Shown here in pieces: positions 22,864 to 24,000 of a stretch of DNA of 24,000 nt. Origin of the DNA: Vicinamibacterales bacterium. GTDB taxonomy: Bacteria > Acidobacteriota > Vicinamibacteria > Vicinamibacterales > UBA2999. The stretch is from the NCBI GenBank assembly GCA_035571515.1, contig DATNCQ010000033.1, positions 19,966-43,965 of the forward strand. The letters are read 5' to 3'. The notes beneath the pieces are model-generated. The model made no database searches, was not told the DNA's origin, and was given only the letters and a program-made list of their open reading frames with translations. A program made the position numbers and the translations under genes. Each line of letters starts with the position of its first letter. Within the stretch, counting starts at the first letter, position 1.

Positions 22864-24000
22864 CTACGCCGCCTTCCCTTCCTCGTCCACCACCTGCCCC
22901 GCCACCCCTTCGGGGGTGGTGGCGTGGCTGACGGATGTGGGCTCGGTGCTGCTGGCGTTCGATGGCGCGCCAATGGCGGACGCACCCTTATCGGTCAGCC
23001 GATAGCGAGCAGGCTTCGAGTCGCCTACGGCTTCGACGTAGCGGTCGTCAACGAGCGCCTTGCGCCATTTCTCAAACGTGTCCGGGGCAATGTCGCCCTT
23101 CTGCTCCTTCGAGGCCGTCGCGACCCGCCACACGCCGGTCTGAGCTTCCCCAAGCGCCTGAAGCGCCAGCAGCGCGTCACGGTGCGTTGGCTGCAATGCC
23201 TTCGACTTTGCCGACCGAACGAGCACCGACGCGGGCTCCAATACGCAGGACGTGATCGGCTGGCGGTGCGCCGTGGTGCCGATCGTGATCGGCGTCAGCT
23301 TCAAGTGGACCGGCCGAAACTCGGCGTCGTCCTTCTGCTTGTCGTTGGTGACCGTTACGACATCGTTGTCGTCCTTCGACACGGCGATCATCACGTCAAC
23401 GCCAGCGAGCAGCGCACTGCTGCCACGCGCGCCGTTCTTCTCCTTCTTGCCGGTGTGGTGGATGAGCAGCACGGTGCAGCGACCCGCGCCTGCTTCTTCC
23501 TGCAACCGCTGCGCGGCGCGGACGTAGTCGCCCATGTCCGCCGAGTTGTTCTCGTCGCCCGAGAAGCTCCGCGCCAGGGTGTCGATGATGATCAGCGTCG
23601 GCTTGATCCCCTTCTGGTTGATGCGGTCGATCAGACTCTCAACGTCGCCCGTCAGCGTGACCGATTCGAGGACCATGAATGCACGGTCAGCGGTCGCCAT
23701 GTCATGGTGTTGGAGCCATGCACGCACCCGCTTCTTGATGCCCCGTCCGCCCTCGGTCGCGATGTGGATGACCGCACCGCGCCTCACATTGCGTCCGTGC
23801 CACGGCGTGCCGGTCGCGATGCAGAGTCCCCAATCAAGCGCGAGGAAACTCTTGCCGTCACCGGGCGGCCCGAAGACGCACGCGAGCGCGCCCTGTTCGA
23901 TCACACCGTCGATCTGCCACACCGGATCGGGCAGGTCGAGCACTTCGTCGATGCGCAGAATGTTCAGCCGCTGACGATCACGCGGCTCGTTCACGTTCAC
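22864..24000 (-). CDS. RepA-like RecA-fold AAA ATPase (AAA_25-type) with a C-terminal winged-helix-like region; possibly 5'-truncated by the window edge
   Basis: Walker A GPPGDGKS, Walker B LIIIDTLARSF and TVLLIHHTGK. The ORF is open to nt 24000, so the GTG there may not be the true start. Confidence 0.75.
   Translation of the reverse strand: MNVNEPRDRQRLNILRIDEVLDLPDPVWQIDGVIEQGALACVFGPPGDGKSFLALDWGLCIATGTPWHGRNVRRGAVIHIATEGGRGIKKRVRAWLQHHDMATADRAFMVLESVTLTGDVESLIDRINQKGIKPTLIIIDTLARSFSGDENNSADMGDYVRAAQRLQEEAGAGRCTVLLIHHTGKKEKNGARGSSALLAGVDVMIAVSKDDNDVVTVTNDKQKDDAEFRPVHLKLTPITIGTTAHRQPITSCVLEPASVLVRSAKSKALQPTHRDALLALQALGEAQTGVWRVATASKEQKGDIAPDTFEKWRKALVDDRYVEAVGDSKPARYRLTDKGASAIGAPSNASSTEPTSVSHATTPEGVAGQVVDEEGKAA

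Larger units (their letters stand above)
21101..24000. mobile_element. Left end of an integrated element (genomic island, prophage-like element or satellite) inserted at tRNA-Leu; it continues beyond the window
   Basis: A tyrosine integrase sits immediately 3' of the tRNA, followed by RHH, excisionase-type HTH and RepA-like AAA ATPase genes, all on the minus strand. Sampled lines have lower G+C (about 57% in one 60-nt line). The right boundary and att repeat are not visible. Confidence 0.7.

Overview
This is a GC-rich bacterial chromosomal window. Two large CarboxypepD_reg-type TonB-dependent receptors and the overall composition suggest Acidobacteriota, but that is inference only. Gene order, left to right: (1) a periplasmic cluster made of the 3' end of a conserved hypothetical gene, a DUF6152-like secreted protein and a PRC-like di-haem c-type cytochrome; (2) two divergently transcribed TonB-dependent receptors; (3) a minus-strand biotin operon, bioB-bioF-bioD-bioA; (4) a regulatory patch holding a MEDS-domain protein, an MpaB/DUF2236-like oxygenase, and two paralogous Crp/Fnr regulators flanking a receiver-domain protein with a C-terminal zinc ribbon; (5) a minus-strand run encoding a 168-aa secreted protein, a 525-aa internally duplicated lipoprotein and a DAACS (GltP/DctA-type) symporter; (6) a lower-GC two-gene module (2TM + GAF-like protein plus a 61-aa ORF); (7) tRNA-Leu(CAG); (8) the left end of an integrated element (tyrosine integrase, RHH protein, excisionase-like HTH protein, RepA-like AAA ATPase) that runs off the right edge. 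No rRNA or CRISPR array was seen. The least explained signals are four. First, a family of G/T-rich tracts (GGTTGG-type, always on the sense strand) combined with a REP-like palindrome (GTAGGGGCCGACC...GGTCGGCCCCTAC), including one related copy inside the first codons of bioA. Second, the 2TM-GAF plus small-ORF module beside the tRNA hotspot. Third, the DUF6152 and cytochrome pair, where the mature DUF6152 protein would start with His-His. Fourth, the Crp / REC-zinc-ribbon / Crp trio with a repeat-rich, low-GC control region. All functional calls rest on motif recognition by eye. No database search was run.
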